Shown here in pieces: positions 8,213 through 16,836 of a DNA stretch of 21,722 bases. The notes under the pieces were generated by a model. The model made no database searches. It saw nothing but the letters and a program-made list of their open reading frames with translations, and was not told the DNA's origin. How positions within the stretch are numbered: the stretch's first letter is position 1; every line of letters starts with the position of its first letter. The stretch is from a candidate division WOR-3 bacterium (GTDB taxonomy: Bacteria > Hydrothermota > Tepidihabitantia > Tepidihabitantales > JAOUPE01). A program made the position numbers and the translations under genes. The stretch is taken from contig JBDRUX010000035.1 in assembly GCA_039801565.1 (NCBI GenBank), positions 1 to 21,722 of the forward strand, read 5' to 3'.

Positions 8213-8934
8213 TTTTAGGTCAACCAATAATTCAAATTTTTAAGAACAGTATCGTGATGTTACTCCTTTTAGGCTGTTCGATTGCTGCTTTAGCCTTAAT
8301 CATCGAACGGTTGTGGTATTTTACGAAAAATCGCTTCAATCCCCATAAGACATTAGCTAAAGTTCGTTCAATCTATCGCAATCCGGGAACTGCTGAAGCA
8401 CTTGAATACTGCCGCTTACAAAACAATCCATTAGGAAGACTCTTTGCGCTAATCATCGAAAATAGCCATCTGGCAAATCAAGAAATTTCCGAACTATCCT
8501 ACAGTTTAATCTTAGATGAACGCATCCGCGCTGAGCGATTCTTAGGTGGACTGGGTACCTTAGCTAATGTTGCTACCCTCTTGGGATTACTCGGAACCGT
8601 CACCGGACTCATCAAAGCTTTTCACAATATCGCAGTAACTGGTTCAGGTGGTCCAGTAGTGGTCTCAGCCGGAATTGCCGAAGCACTAATCACTACCGCC
8701 TTTGGACTTTTAATTGGCATTCCATCGCTTCTTTTCTATAACTACTTCGTCAAAAAGGCAGCGGATATGACATTAAATCTGGAAAGTGCTCAGGAAAAAT
8801 TATTACTCTTCCTGCAACGCAGCAAACGCGCCGGTCAAGAACGAACTAAACGTCAACACAGTGAAATGGCAAAAAGTAAAACCGAAACCGCTCAACCCGA
8901 GAAAACAAAAGAAGAAAGCACCTGGCGTTATTAA
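8209..8934 (+). CDS. exbB: MotA/TolQ/ExbB proton-channel family protein
   Basis: ATGA overlap, SD GGAGGA and three TM segments. Motifs LGTLANVATLLGLLGTVTGLIKAF and GIAEALITTAFGLLIGIP. Confidence 0.9.
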   Translation: MILGQPIIQIFKNSIVMLLLLGCSIAALALIIERLWYFTKNRFNPHKTLAKVRSIYRNPGTAEALEYCRLQNNPLGRLFALIIENSHLANQEISELSYSLILDERIRAERFLGGLGTLANVATLLGLLGTVTGLIKAFHNIAVTGSGGPVVVSAGIAEALITTAFGLLIGIPSLLFYNYFVKKAADMTLNLESAQEKLLLFLQRSKRAGQERTKRQHSEMAKSKTETAQPEKTKEESTWRY

Positions 8935-8935
8935 G

Positions 8936-9358
8936 ATGAGAAAAAAACGAATCCATTACGAAACTCGAAAAGAAGGATTGATTCTCACTTCACTCGTGGA
9001 TATTGCGTTATCATTAGTCATTGGTTTTATTGTTGCTTTGCCGATGTTTTTCGAAACCGGAATATTTGTCTCCCAACCAACTGTTACTAAGGCTTTACGG
9101 GGGCAGGAAAGCGATATCAAGGTTAACATCCATCTCACCAACGAAGGTAAGATTATCTTGAATGAAAAACCGGTGCCCCTGGATGTTCTTGCTGACCTTT
9201 TGCCTAGACTTCTCAAGCGTAGTTTAAGTAAACGCGTCATTGTTAGTGCTGAGGATAAGGTCCGTTATAATGATGTCATCGCAATCTTAGATATGGCAAA
9301 ACAAGCCGGGGCAGCAAATCTTTCCCTCTTGCGCACCGGACAAAAACCAACAAAATAA
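8936..9358 (+). CDS. exbD: ExbD/TolR family protein 1 (retains the TM Asp)
   Basis: ATG 1 nt after the exbB stop; the ORF-track start at 8786 overlaps exbB and is unlikely. TM LTSLVDIALSLVIGF with Asp22 (GAT 8999-9001). C-terminal V.VSAEDKVRYNDVIAILDMAKQAGA. Confidence 0.9.
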   Translation: MRKKRIHYETRKEGLILTSLVDIALSLVIGFIVALPMFFETGIFVSQPTVTKALRGQESDIKVNIHLTNEGKIILNEKPVPLDVLADLLPRLLKRSLSKRVIVSAEDKVRYNDVIAILDMAKQAGAANLSLLRTGQKPTK

Positions 9359-9359
9359 T

Positions 9360-9746
9360 ATGACGCAAAATAGGACAATTGATATCTTACCGATGGCATG
9401 CGTTGGTTTATTACTGGTCGTAATGATGATAATGACTGCACCAATGGTAATGACCCACAGCAATACACCAGTGGCGGTGCCACAAACCCACACTGCGGAG
9501 CGAAAAACCGAGGAAGACATTGTCATTACCCTTACCGCTGATTACAAACTTTATTTAAATGACCAGCCAATTAATAAGCTTGACTTAGAAGATAAACTGG
9601 ATGAGTTGTTGATTAAAGACCCATATTGTTTGGTGGTTGTCCGAGCGGATAAAGATGTATTGCATAAAGATGTTTTGGAGTTAATTGCAATTGCTAAACA
9701 GGCGGGCGCCCAAAGACTTGCCTGCGCAACCAAGAAAATCCGATGA
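9360..9746 (+). CDS. exbD: ExbD/TolR family protein 2 (TM Asp replaced by Cys)
   Basis: IDILPMACVGLLLVVMMIMTAP aligns to the family motif IN.TPL.DV.LVLLIIFMVTAP. C-terminal VVVRADKDVLHKDVLELIAIAKQAGA. Confidence 0.88.
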   Translation: MTQNRTIDILPMACVGLLLVVMMIMTAPMVMTHSNTPVAVPQTHTAERKTEEDIVITLTADYKLYLNDQPINKLDLEDKLDELLIKDPYCLVVVRADKDVLHKDVLELIAIAKQAGAQRLACATKKIR

Positions 9747-10723
9747 TTAAATCTGAAGTTATGAAAATTACATTTCCTGTCGAATCAACCCTTCGAGAAG
9801 ACCGGCGAATTGATTATGCCCTAATATTATCAATACTCATTCACATTATTCTTCTTATTTTATTTTCGCGAGCACAAAAGGCTATTCGTGACTATCGTTT
9901 TATCAATCAAATAACTTTTATTGACCAAACCTATCGTCCGGAGGTCGCTAAGATTCTTCCTAAGGCTGCTGTTACACCTGGTACCAGCGCTGGTAAAGAG
10001 AAAGGGATTACACCGCCAACGCCAACCCTTGCTCCGCCGAAAACCGATGAAGCGACAGAGGAAGTTAGTTCGATTGATTTTGCCCAAAGACTTGACCGAA
10101 GTCAGGCGTTGATTGATTTGAATCGTTATGAGGTTAATCAAAGTCAAGATGAACTCGATGTGATTCGAATTGGTAGTTTAGCGAATGGCACCCAAAAATC
10201 AACCGAAGAGATTCTTTTAGAAAAACCGATTGAACTGGCATCTGGATTATCACGGGGTGCCGGTGGACTTGGACTGGCTGGTTATCCGGGAATTGGCGTG
10301 AGTGAAGAGCCGCCAATTCAAATTGAGCACAAACCTTTAGAAAAACCAAGACAAACGGTGGAAGTGAGACCAAAAGCAAGAGCATCGGATGAAATAGAAG
10401 GAATTGCGACCGAGCCGGTACGCGGTACTAATATTTTTATTGCCGGACCGATTTCCAAACGCACAATTTTAACTAAATTTTTACCACAATATCCAGAATG
10501 GGCGTTACAACGCGGTATCAGTGGCGTGGCAATAATCCGAATTTGGGTTCTGCCCGATGGCACGGTAAAGGAGACAATGACGATTGAACAGAGTTCGGGT
10601 TATCCGGAATTGGATATGTTAGTCATTAATGCTCTCAGGCGCTGGAAATTTGCACCACTCTCGCCACAGGTCGTCCAAGAGGTCCAATGGGGCGTAATAA
10701 CCTTTAAATTTTGTTTAATTTGA
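9743..10723 (+). CDS. tonB: TonB family energy transducer
   Basis: ATGA overlap. N-terminal TM with S-x3-H (LSILIH) and a Pro/Gly-rich linker. TonB_C domain PQYPEWALQRGISG...VLPDGTV...SSGYPELD....ALRRWKFAP. Confidence 0.9.
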   Translation: MIKSEVMKITFPVESTLREDRRIDYALILSILIHIILLILFSRAQKAIRDYRFINQITFIDQTYRPEVAKILPKAAVTPGTSAGKEKGITPPTPTLAPPKTDEATEEVSSIDFAQRLDRSQALIDLNRYEVNQSQDELDVIRIGSLANGTQKSTEEILLEKPIELASGLSRGAGGLGLAGYPGIGVSEEPPIQIEHKPLEKPRQTVEVRPKARASDEIEGIATEPVRGTNIFIAGPISKRTILTKFLPQYPEWALQRGISGVAIIRIWVLPDGTVKETMTIEQSSGYPELDMLVINALRRWKFAPLSPQVVQEVQWGVITFKFCLI

Positions 10724-10733
10724 GAGGAAAAAT

Positions 10734-11642
10734 ATGAAACATCTTTCAATTTTCTGCCTACTTTTGGGGTCAACCTTGTGTCTTATTAACGGAGATGAGA
10801 AAGCGACCGAACCTAAATCCAAGAATGAGAACAACCAACACCAGATTAGTGAAGAGGTGATTTCGGGACAAACGCAAGTTTTTATCGAGGATACCAAGAT
10901 TTATTCGACACCGCTCATTGACCCATTTGAGCCACTTGCGGACTTTCTTAAGTCCGATAAATATATTTTCGACGAGAAACTTTATGATGATATCGACAAG
11001 CTAACCATTCCCAATCAATTTCTCCGCTCCAGTTATTTGCGGGTGCCGGTCGAAAGTGAAATCATTTCCGGCGATGTGTTGGTATTCCTACCAAAATTTG
11101 AAACCAATGTCGCAAGTTGGGAGTTGGTAGTGACAAATTCTTTAGGCGAGACAGTGCGCCGCGTCAGCCGAAAAGGCAACCCACCAGCCCTTATCACTTG
11201 GGATGGTCGAACCGAGACCGGCGAGATGATGATTACCGGTGAAGTTTATAATTTCACTTTTTATGCTTACGACGCCTTGGGTAATCAAACTCGAATTATG
11301 GGCAAACCCCAGCATATCTCAGGTATTCTCTATCAAGATAAGGGCGAATGGATAATTACCCTGGCTGGTGAAGCCATCTTTAGACGCAGCACCGCTGACT
11401 TGACGCTCGATGCGAAAATGCGCCTTGACGAAGCGAGCAATATCATAAAAGAAAAATTCAAAAAAGAAATAATAATCTATGTCTATACTGAAAACGAACC
11501 GCTATCACAAGCACGCTGTCAAATTTTACAAAAGGAATTTTTAAGTCGAATGGTTATACCAAAAGAGATGTTTGCGGTTGTACCACGATTTATTCCCGGA
11601 CTTGCCCCGAAATATTCCAAAATCGAAATCCATATTCGCTAA
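10734..11642 (+). CDS. Exported protein with an FlgD-Ig domain and a degenerate OmpA-like C-terminal domain
   Basis: SD GAGGA and a signal peptide. FlgD-Ig segment WELVVTNSLGETVR...ITWDGRTETGE...Y.F..YAYDALGN, then IF...TADL...AK.RLDEA..IIK...IIIYVYTE..PLSQAR...KIEIHI, which resembles OmpA_C. Confidence 0.65.
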   Translation: MKHLSIFCLLLGSTLCLINGDEKATEPKSKNENNQHQISEEVISGQTQVFIEDTKIYSTPLIDPFEPLADFLKSDKYIFDEKLYDDIDKLTIPNQFLRSSYLRVPVESEIISGDVLVFLPKFETNVASWELVVTNSLGETVRRVSRKGNPPALITWDGRTETGEMMITGEVYNFTFYAYDALGNQTRIMGKPQHISGILYQDKGEWIITLAGEAIFRRSTADLTLDAKMRLDEASNIIKEKFKKEIIIYVYTENEPLSQARCQILQKEFLSRMVIPKEMFAVVPRFIPGLAPKYSKIEIHIR

Positions 11643-11841
11643 TCCAATTCGTGACTGGATAATTGTCGCTTTAAAAACAGAGTTTAGGCGGAATAAGACT
11701 TATGAATCTTATTTGTTGTCATCCATTCGACGCCAAAGTGAAAAAGTATTGGAAAGATATTACAAAAGAGCGTGGACCAGGTTTTATGAAATGGATTGTT
11801 TAAAGTTTTTAAATTTAGCAACCAAGTCGAGAGGGTCGTCA

Positions 11842-12306
11842 TTATTTGACCTTTCGCATAACAATGCCAGCTTCTTGCAAAATTGAACGCGCTAAGGTGT
11901 CTGGATAAAATTTTTTGACGCAAATTTCTTTAATACCGGCGTTGATTAATAATTTCGAACAGGTGATGCAAGGTTGATGAGTCGAATACAGTGTCGCGCC
12001 GTAAACTTTTATTCCAAACGAAGCCGCTTGAACCAAAGCGTTCTGTTCAGCATGCACGCCTCGACAAATTTCAATCCGTTCGCCCGCCTTAATCTTTAAT
12101 TTCTTTCTTAAACAACCAATCTCTTCACAATGGGTAATTCCTTTGGGCGCCCCGTTGTAACCGGTGGCTAAAATTCTTCGGTCTTGGACGATAACCGCAC
12201 CAACTTTCCGGCGTAGACAAGTCGAGCGTTCTGCAACCAATTCAGCAATTTTCATAAAATAAGAATCCCAAGGTAATCGTCTGCTTTTCGAATTCCGTTT
12301 TAGCAC
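11842..12306 (-). CDS. dCMP/deoxycytidylate deaminase family protein (ComEB-like)
   Basis: WDSYFM.IA.LVA.RSTC.RRKVGAVIV, TGYNG, HAEQNA and PCITC zinc-binding motifs. GTG start. Confidence 0.92.
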   Translation of the reverse strand: MLKRNSKSRRLPWDSYFMKIAELVAERSTCLRRKVGAVIVQDRRILATGYNGAPKGITHCEEIGCLRKKLKIKAGERIEICRGVHAEQNALVQAASFGIKVYGATLYSTHQPCITCSKLLINAGIKEICVKKFYPDTLARSILQEAGIVMRKVK

Positions 12307-12312
12307 ATTTTA

Positions 12313-12341
12313 ATAATAATTCAGTTCTGATTAGTTGTCAA
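12313..12341 (-). promoter_or_regulatory. Internal sigma-70-type promoter for the dCMP deaminase gene
   Basis: On the minus strand: TTGACA (12341-12336) - 17 nt - TATTAT (12318-12313) - 6 nt - GTG. Confidence 0.65.
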
Positions 12342-12348
12342 GGTTGAT

Positions 12349-13560
12349 TCAGTCAGGTGACTTTTGAAGATTTAATGCCAAACCAATCATTGTAAAATTA
12401 AAGAGTAAAGAAGTTCCGCCATAACTCAAAAATGGTAAAGCAATACCAGTAATTGGCATTAAGCCCAAAAGCATGCCAATATTCACAATTACCTGATAGG
12501 CGATAATTGTCGTAAAACCAATTATAGCAAGACTGGCAAATTCATCTCGGGTATATCGGGCTATCAGGGCTAAGCGATAGAGTAAAAAGAAAAAGAGCAG
12601 TAGAACTAAAAGACAGCCAATGAATCCAAACTCTTCGCCAATTACCGAAAAGATAAAATCAGTATGCCGGTTCGGTAAGAACTCAAGTCTTTTCTGGGTA
12701 CCGGATAAATATCCCTTTCCCCAGAGTCGACCGGAGCCGATGGCAATTTGGGATTGAATCAAATTCCAACCGATTCCTTTTGGGTCAACCCAAGGTGCCA
12801 AGAAATTGGTGATGCGGGCACGTTGATAATCTTTTAGACAAGACCAGACTAAAGGCTCCAAAAGCCCGCTTAAGGAATTGACTCCTAACGCTACTAAACT
12901 TTGTAAAACATTACCCTGCCAGAAGAGAATAATAACTAATAGTACAAAATAACCAATCCAAGTATAAAGGTTATAACCAAAAACAAAACTGAGCAGTGGT
13001 GAAAATAACAAAAAGATCTGAAAAAGGTTTAGCCCTTTCCAGTATAACATTACCGCCAGAATTGGAAGAAAGACCAATGCTGAGCCAAGGTCAGGCTCAG
13101 CCAAAATTAGCAAGGCCGGGACTAAAGTAAATAAAATTGGCAAGATTAAATCAGCAAAGCGAAAAGTAAATTTCCGACGCATACTCAAAAATCTTGCTAA
13201 TGCTAATACGGTTGTCAATTTGATAAACTCGGACGGTTGAAAGCTAACCAAGCCGAAATTAAACCAACGCTTGGCGCCAACACCACTGCCAAATATCAAA
13301 ACCAAAATTAAAAGAAAAATCCCAAAGAAAAATAGAGGATAGGCAAGATAAAACAGAAGTCGTTGGGGTAAACGATAGGCAAATAAAAATGCGATTACAG
13401 CAAATGGCAACCAGCAAAGTTGACGAATTGTAAAGCGGAGATTGCCGGCACTATAAATTGCCAGCAGACCAATTATTGTTAAAAGGGCAACAACTAAGAT
13501 TACAGGCAAGGATTCATTTTTCCACTTGATTTGAGTTGCGGGATAAGATTGATTTAGCAT
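12349..13560 (-). CDS. rodA: Rod shape-determining SEDS peptidoglycan glycosyltransferase RodA
   Basis: GAKRW, QPSEFIK, EPDLGSA, QSQIAIGSG, FLP..HTDFIFS.IGEE.G and LPFLSYGG motifs; directly follows mrdA. Confidence 0.95.
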   Translation of the reverse strand: MLNQSYPATQIKWKNESLPVILVVALLTIIGLLAIYSAGNLRFTIRQLCWLPFAVIAFLFAYRLPQRLLFYLAYPLFFFGIFLLILVLIFGSGVGAKRWFNFGLVSFQPSEFIKLTTVLALARFLSMRRKFTFRFADLILPILFTLVPALLILAEPDLGSALVFLPILAVMLYWKGLNLFQIFLLFSPLLSFVFGYNLYTWIGYFVLLVIILFWQGNVLQSLVALGVNSLSGLLEPLVWSCLKDYQRARITNFLAPWVDPKGIGWNLIQSQIAIGSGRLWGKGYLSGTQKRLEFLPNRHTDFIFSVIGEEFGFIGCLLVLLLFFFLLYRLALIARYTRDEFASLAIIGFTTIIAYQVIVNIGMLLGLMPITGIALPFLSYGGTSLLFNFTMIGLALNLQKSPD

Positions 13561-15312
13561 TTATTCCTGCTGATTCGATGAGACAAGTTGCGAGGAAGTG
13601 CCGGGTTGGATTTTGAAATAGTATCGGAAAAGTTTTTGGGCAATCGGGGCACAAATTGCGCCACCTTTACCGGCATTTTCAACTAAAATGCAAAAAAGAA
13701 CTTCTGGCTTTTGTGTGCCAGCATAGCCGACAAACCAAGCATGGTCTTCGCCAAATGGATTCTGAGCCGTTCCGGTTTTGCCGGCGATTGTGATGCTTGC
13801 TACTTTTGCACCAGCACCAGTTCCTCGCTCGACCGCATAAAAAAGCGCATCTTTTAATAAAGCGAAGACAGTTGTTAATTTTGAATTTTGAATTTCCAAT
13901 TTCAAATTGGTATTGCCGGTCTTCATTAAAAGATGCGGTTTAAAAAATTGACCGTCACCAGCAATCCTGGCATAAAAACAAGCTAACTGCAGTGGTGTCA
14001 CTAATACTTCACCTTGACCAATGGCTAAATTCAATAAAATTCCCGAAGGAATCCTCCGCTTACCGTAACGCGCCTCAAGGTACGAACGGGTTGGAATCAA
14101 CCCTTTTTTCTCGCCAGGGATGTCAATGCCGGTAGGGACACCAAAACCGCACTCTAAAGCAGTGGTGGTTATTGGGTCTAAACCCAAGCGCAAACCCGCT
14201 TGATAAAAATAACTATTGCAGGAATGAGTAATGGCGTCAATTAAATTTAGTCTTCCGTGGGTTGACCAACAGCGAAAGATTCGGTTGCCAAACGGAAATT
14301 TCCCAGTGCAAGTGAAATAAGAGTTTGGGGTTAAAAGTCCTTTTTCGAGTCCAGCCAAGGCGACACAAGGTTTGAAAGTCGAACCTGGGGGGTAAGTTCC
14401 CATAATCGCTCGATTAAAAAAAGGTCGGTTGGGGTCTCTAATTAATGTCTGCCATTCGGTTTCACTCATTACACCCAACAGCTGATTTGGGTCGAAACCA
14501 GGTTTTGAGATTAAAACCAGCACCCCACCGTCACTCAAATCAATTCCCACCACCGCCGCTCTTGGATAATCGGCTAAAAGTTGATAGGCATAGCGTTGGA
14601 GGTCAGCATCAATCGTTAAATAGATATCACCCCCGGGTTCGGCGGGAATTGGTTTTTTTTCACTCAGAATACCGACACGCCGTCCTCGACTGTCAACTTC
14701 AATATACTCGATGCCATCCTTGCCTCGCAAATATTGTTCATATTGAGCCTCGATGCCAGTGCGTCCGATACAATTTCCCGGGTTATAACTGGAATCGCGT
14801 TTCAATTCTTCCTCGGTTATCTCGTTAATATACCCAAGGATATGACTAAAGGTATCGGCGAAAGGATAATAGCGCAAAGGTTCCACGGAAATCTCGACTC
14901 CGGAAAGGTCATTAGAGTTTTCTTCAATCCTTGATACTAATTTCTGACTGATGTTTCGAAAAATACGCAAGGGGTAACTGGATGACCGGTTCCGTTCAAT
15001 CCTCGACCAGACCAAGGAAGATTCAGGTAATATATCTTTTAACAATAATTTTAATTTGGCTATAGTCAAACTATCGGTTTCCGCCGGAATGACAGAGAGG
15101 GAAAAGGCGGGCTGGGTTGTTGCCAGTTCTTTACCGTTACGGTCAAAAATTTTTCCACGCGGCGCTGAGATAGTGACCCGGCGAATTCGGTTCATCTCGG
15201 CTAAGCGATAATAACGGGCACCAAGCACAATTTGAAACTGGAGAAGTCGGGCAATAATCGCTAAGAAAAAAACGGTCCCAATACCAACTAAAACTCTTAG
15301 TCTTGCTTCCAT
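13561..15312 (-). CDS. mrdA: Penicillin-binding protein 2
   Basis: N-terminal TM and RG.IFDRNG. Catalytic motifs STFK, SCN and KTGT. Located in the mre cluster. Confidence 0.95.
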   Translation of the reverse strand: MEARLRVLVGIGTVFFLAIIARLLQFQIVLGARYYRLAEMNRIRRVTISAPRGKIFDRNGKELATTQPAFSLSVIPAETDSLTIAKLKLLLKDILPESSLVWSRIERNRSSSYPLRIFRNISQKLVSRIEENSNDLSGVEISVEPLRYYPFADTFSHILGYINEITEEELKRDSSYNPGNCIGRTGIEAQYEQYLRGKDGIEYIEVDSRGRRVGILSEKKPIPAEPGGDIYLTIDADLQRYAYQLLADYPRAAVVGIDLSDGGVLVLISKPGFDPNQLLGVMSETEWQTLIRDPNRPFFNRAIMGTYPPGSTFKPCVALAGLEKGLLTPNSYFTCTGKFPFGNRIFRCWSTHGRLNLIDAITHSCNSYFYQAGLRLGLDPITTTALECGFGVPTGIDIPGEKKGLIPTRSYLEARYGKRRIPSGILLNLAIGQGEVLVTPLQLACFYARIAGDGQFFKPHLLMKTGNTNLKLEIQNSKLTTVFALLKDALFYAVERGTGAGAKVASITIAGKTGTAQNPFGEDHAWFVGYAGTQKPEVLFCILVENAGKGGAICAPIAQKLFRYYFKIQPGTSSQLVSSNQQE

Positions 15313-15330
15313 AACTGTTAATTCATTTAA

Positions 15331-15762
15331 TTAATATTCATAATGCTTTGATTTAAAAAACGAAAAAGGTAACATTAAAAGCAAAGTAGCCAAGCTTGAT
15401 AATAAAACTTCCAATACCGGTGGCATTACCCGAAACAACAAAAAACCTAAACCATATTTCAACCCTAAGGCAATTGCCAACAGCACTAAAGCATAACGGT
15501 TGGCATAATAGACCATTGTGCGTAAGTTAGAAACAGAAAAACCGGTCAAGATTAATAACAATAAGTTGAAACCAAAAGTCTGGGGTGTGACCAAATCGAG
15601 ACAGAAACCGGCAAAGCAGGATAAGGTCAGAACGGCCTTTTTTGGTTCGTTTAAAGCAAAAATTACTAATGCCAACATAACTAAATCCGGCGCATAATGG
15701 GCAATTCCAGCTTGAATAAGAAATAGAAAGTAAATTAGCAAGAGTTGAAAAAGAATTTTCAT
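15331..15762 (-). CDS. mreD: Rod shape-determining protein MreD
   Basis: Small polytopic membrane protein with PDL and G...DL motifs, between mreC and mrdA. Confidence 0.8.
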   Translation of the reverse strand: MKILFQLLLIYFLFLIQAGIAHYAPDLVMLALVIFALNEPKKAVLTLSCFAGFCLDLVTPQTFGFNLLLLILTGFSVSNLRTMVYYANRYALVLLAIALGLKYGLGFLLFRVMPPVLEVLLSSLATLLLMLPFSFFKSKHYEY

Positions 15763-16655
15763 CGAATTTTTATTTCAATTGGTGGCTCAATTTTAAATTG
15801 CTCCAATAACTTATCCCAATCGGTTCTCGGTCGTTTTGTTTTTGGTCGTTCGGTTTCACCGGTAATAATGTAGACCGCTTCGGTGGCATAAATATCAACG
15901 AAAGGCTTCAATAATATATCTTTAAACAAAGCCGAATGATTAGAATTTTGTTCCGGATTGGTTTTCACCACTGTGCCGATTAAGAATCCTTTTGGGAAGA
16001 TTCCGCCCAACCCAGAAGTGATAATCGTATCACCAACTGTGACATCAGCATCGCGAGGCACATACAAAAGTCGCAGACGATTCGGTGGATGAGCAGTCAC
16101 TACACCGGTGACCCGACTGCGCAGGTCAACACCAGCGATCTTTGAATCCTTACTGAGCATTGTCTCGACTAAGGCTTGGAATGGTGAAGTTGCAATAACT
16201 TTGCCGACTACTCCCATTTCAGCTATTACGGGCATATTGACTTTAACCCCAGCCTGCTCACCTTGATTGAGAAGCAGGTAACTCACTAAGGTCAAACGGT
16301 CACGGCTAACAACTTGGGCCCGTTTTAATGTGAAATTAGGCAAAGTTGAGTCAAATGATGGTGGGGTAAGTTGTTTGACTTGCGTTCGAATAATCTCTTT
16401 TAAGCCGATATTCTCAATTTGCAATTGAGTTGTGAGTGCTTTCAACCTCAAATTCTCTTGTCGCAGTTGAGAAAGTTCTGCAAGAAAACGGAGCGAGAGG
16501 TTCAGGGGAGTTAAGAGAATTACCCGCGGGTAAAAGAAGAGATTAAATTTTAGAGAGCCAGGGAGGAGTAATAAGATGATACTCAGTAGTAAAAAGATGA
16601 GAAAAAGGCGGTTGTCGTCCTTAGTTCGGCTGGGTTTTTTTTCTATTTGAACCAT
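15759..16655 (-). CDS. mreC: Rod shape-determining protein MreC
   Basis: TM, coiled coil (L.QEN.RLK), G...GV..NMPV....GVVGKV and GD.I.TSGLGGIFPKG..IG.V. Confidence 0.93.
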   Translation of the reverse strand: MVQIEKKPSRTKDDNRLFLIFLLLSIILLLLPGSLKFNLFFYPRVILLTPLNLSLRFLAELSQLRQENLRLKALTTQLQIENIGLKEIIRTQVKQLTPPSFDSTLPNFTLKRAQVVSRDRLTLVSYLLLNQGEQAGVKVNMPVIAEMGVVGKVIATSPFQALVETMLSKDSKIAGVDLRSRVTGVVTAHPPNRLRLLYVPRDADVTVGDTIITSGLGGIFPKGFLIGTVVKTNPEQNSNHSALFKDILLKPFVDIYATEAVYIITGETERPKTKRPRTDWDKLLEQFKIEPPIEIKIR

Positions 16656-16670
16656 TTCCGCAAATTATTA

Positions 16671-16724
16671 ACCGCTGGACTCCTTAAACCACTTGAACTA
16701 TTTGAACATTGAGTTAGCAGCGGT
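16671..16724. repeat. Intergenic stem-loop enclosing three 9-bp tandem repeats, between mreB and mreC
   Basis: Arms ACCGCTG (16671-16677) / CAGCGGT (16718-16724). Loop contains CTTAAACCA CTTGAACTA TTTGAACAT (16683-16709). Confidence 0.5.
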
Positions 16725-16836
16725 AATTGAAGATTTGAATTATTGCCGCATTCCAACGAAGGGACATGCTTACTCTTTTCGTAACTTTTCATTGTTCAGT
16801 GGAAATGGTCATTTATTATTTTTAATTTATTTGAAA

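Noticed and set aside
8786..8935. 50-aa N-terminal extension of ExbD1 in the ORF track
   Set aside because: It overlaps exbB by about 150 nt. ATG 8936, right after the exbB stop, gives a normal-length ExbD.
8209..10723. Canonical Tol-Pal (tolQRA-tolB-pal) or TBDT-linked Ton operon
   Set aside because: No TolB propeller, Pal lipoprotein or plug-barrel receptor is present, and there are two ExbD genes plus PorV/TPR neighbours.
11572..11923. ORFs 11572..11886 (+) and 11684..11923 (-) spanning the convergent intergenic gap
   Set aside because: They overlap real genes, have no SD or recognisable motif, and are likely spurious. A tiny remnant cannot be excluded.
11842..12306. Deaminase as an anti-phage dCTP deaminase or a competence gene
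   Set aside because: It is a single-domain, housekeeping-type dCMP deaminase with no fused kinase domain and no defence or competence context.
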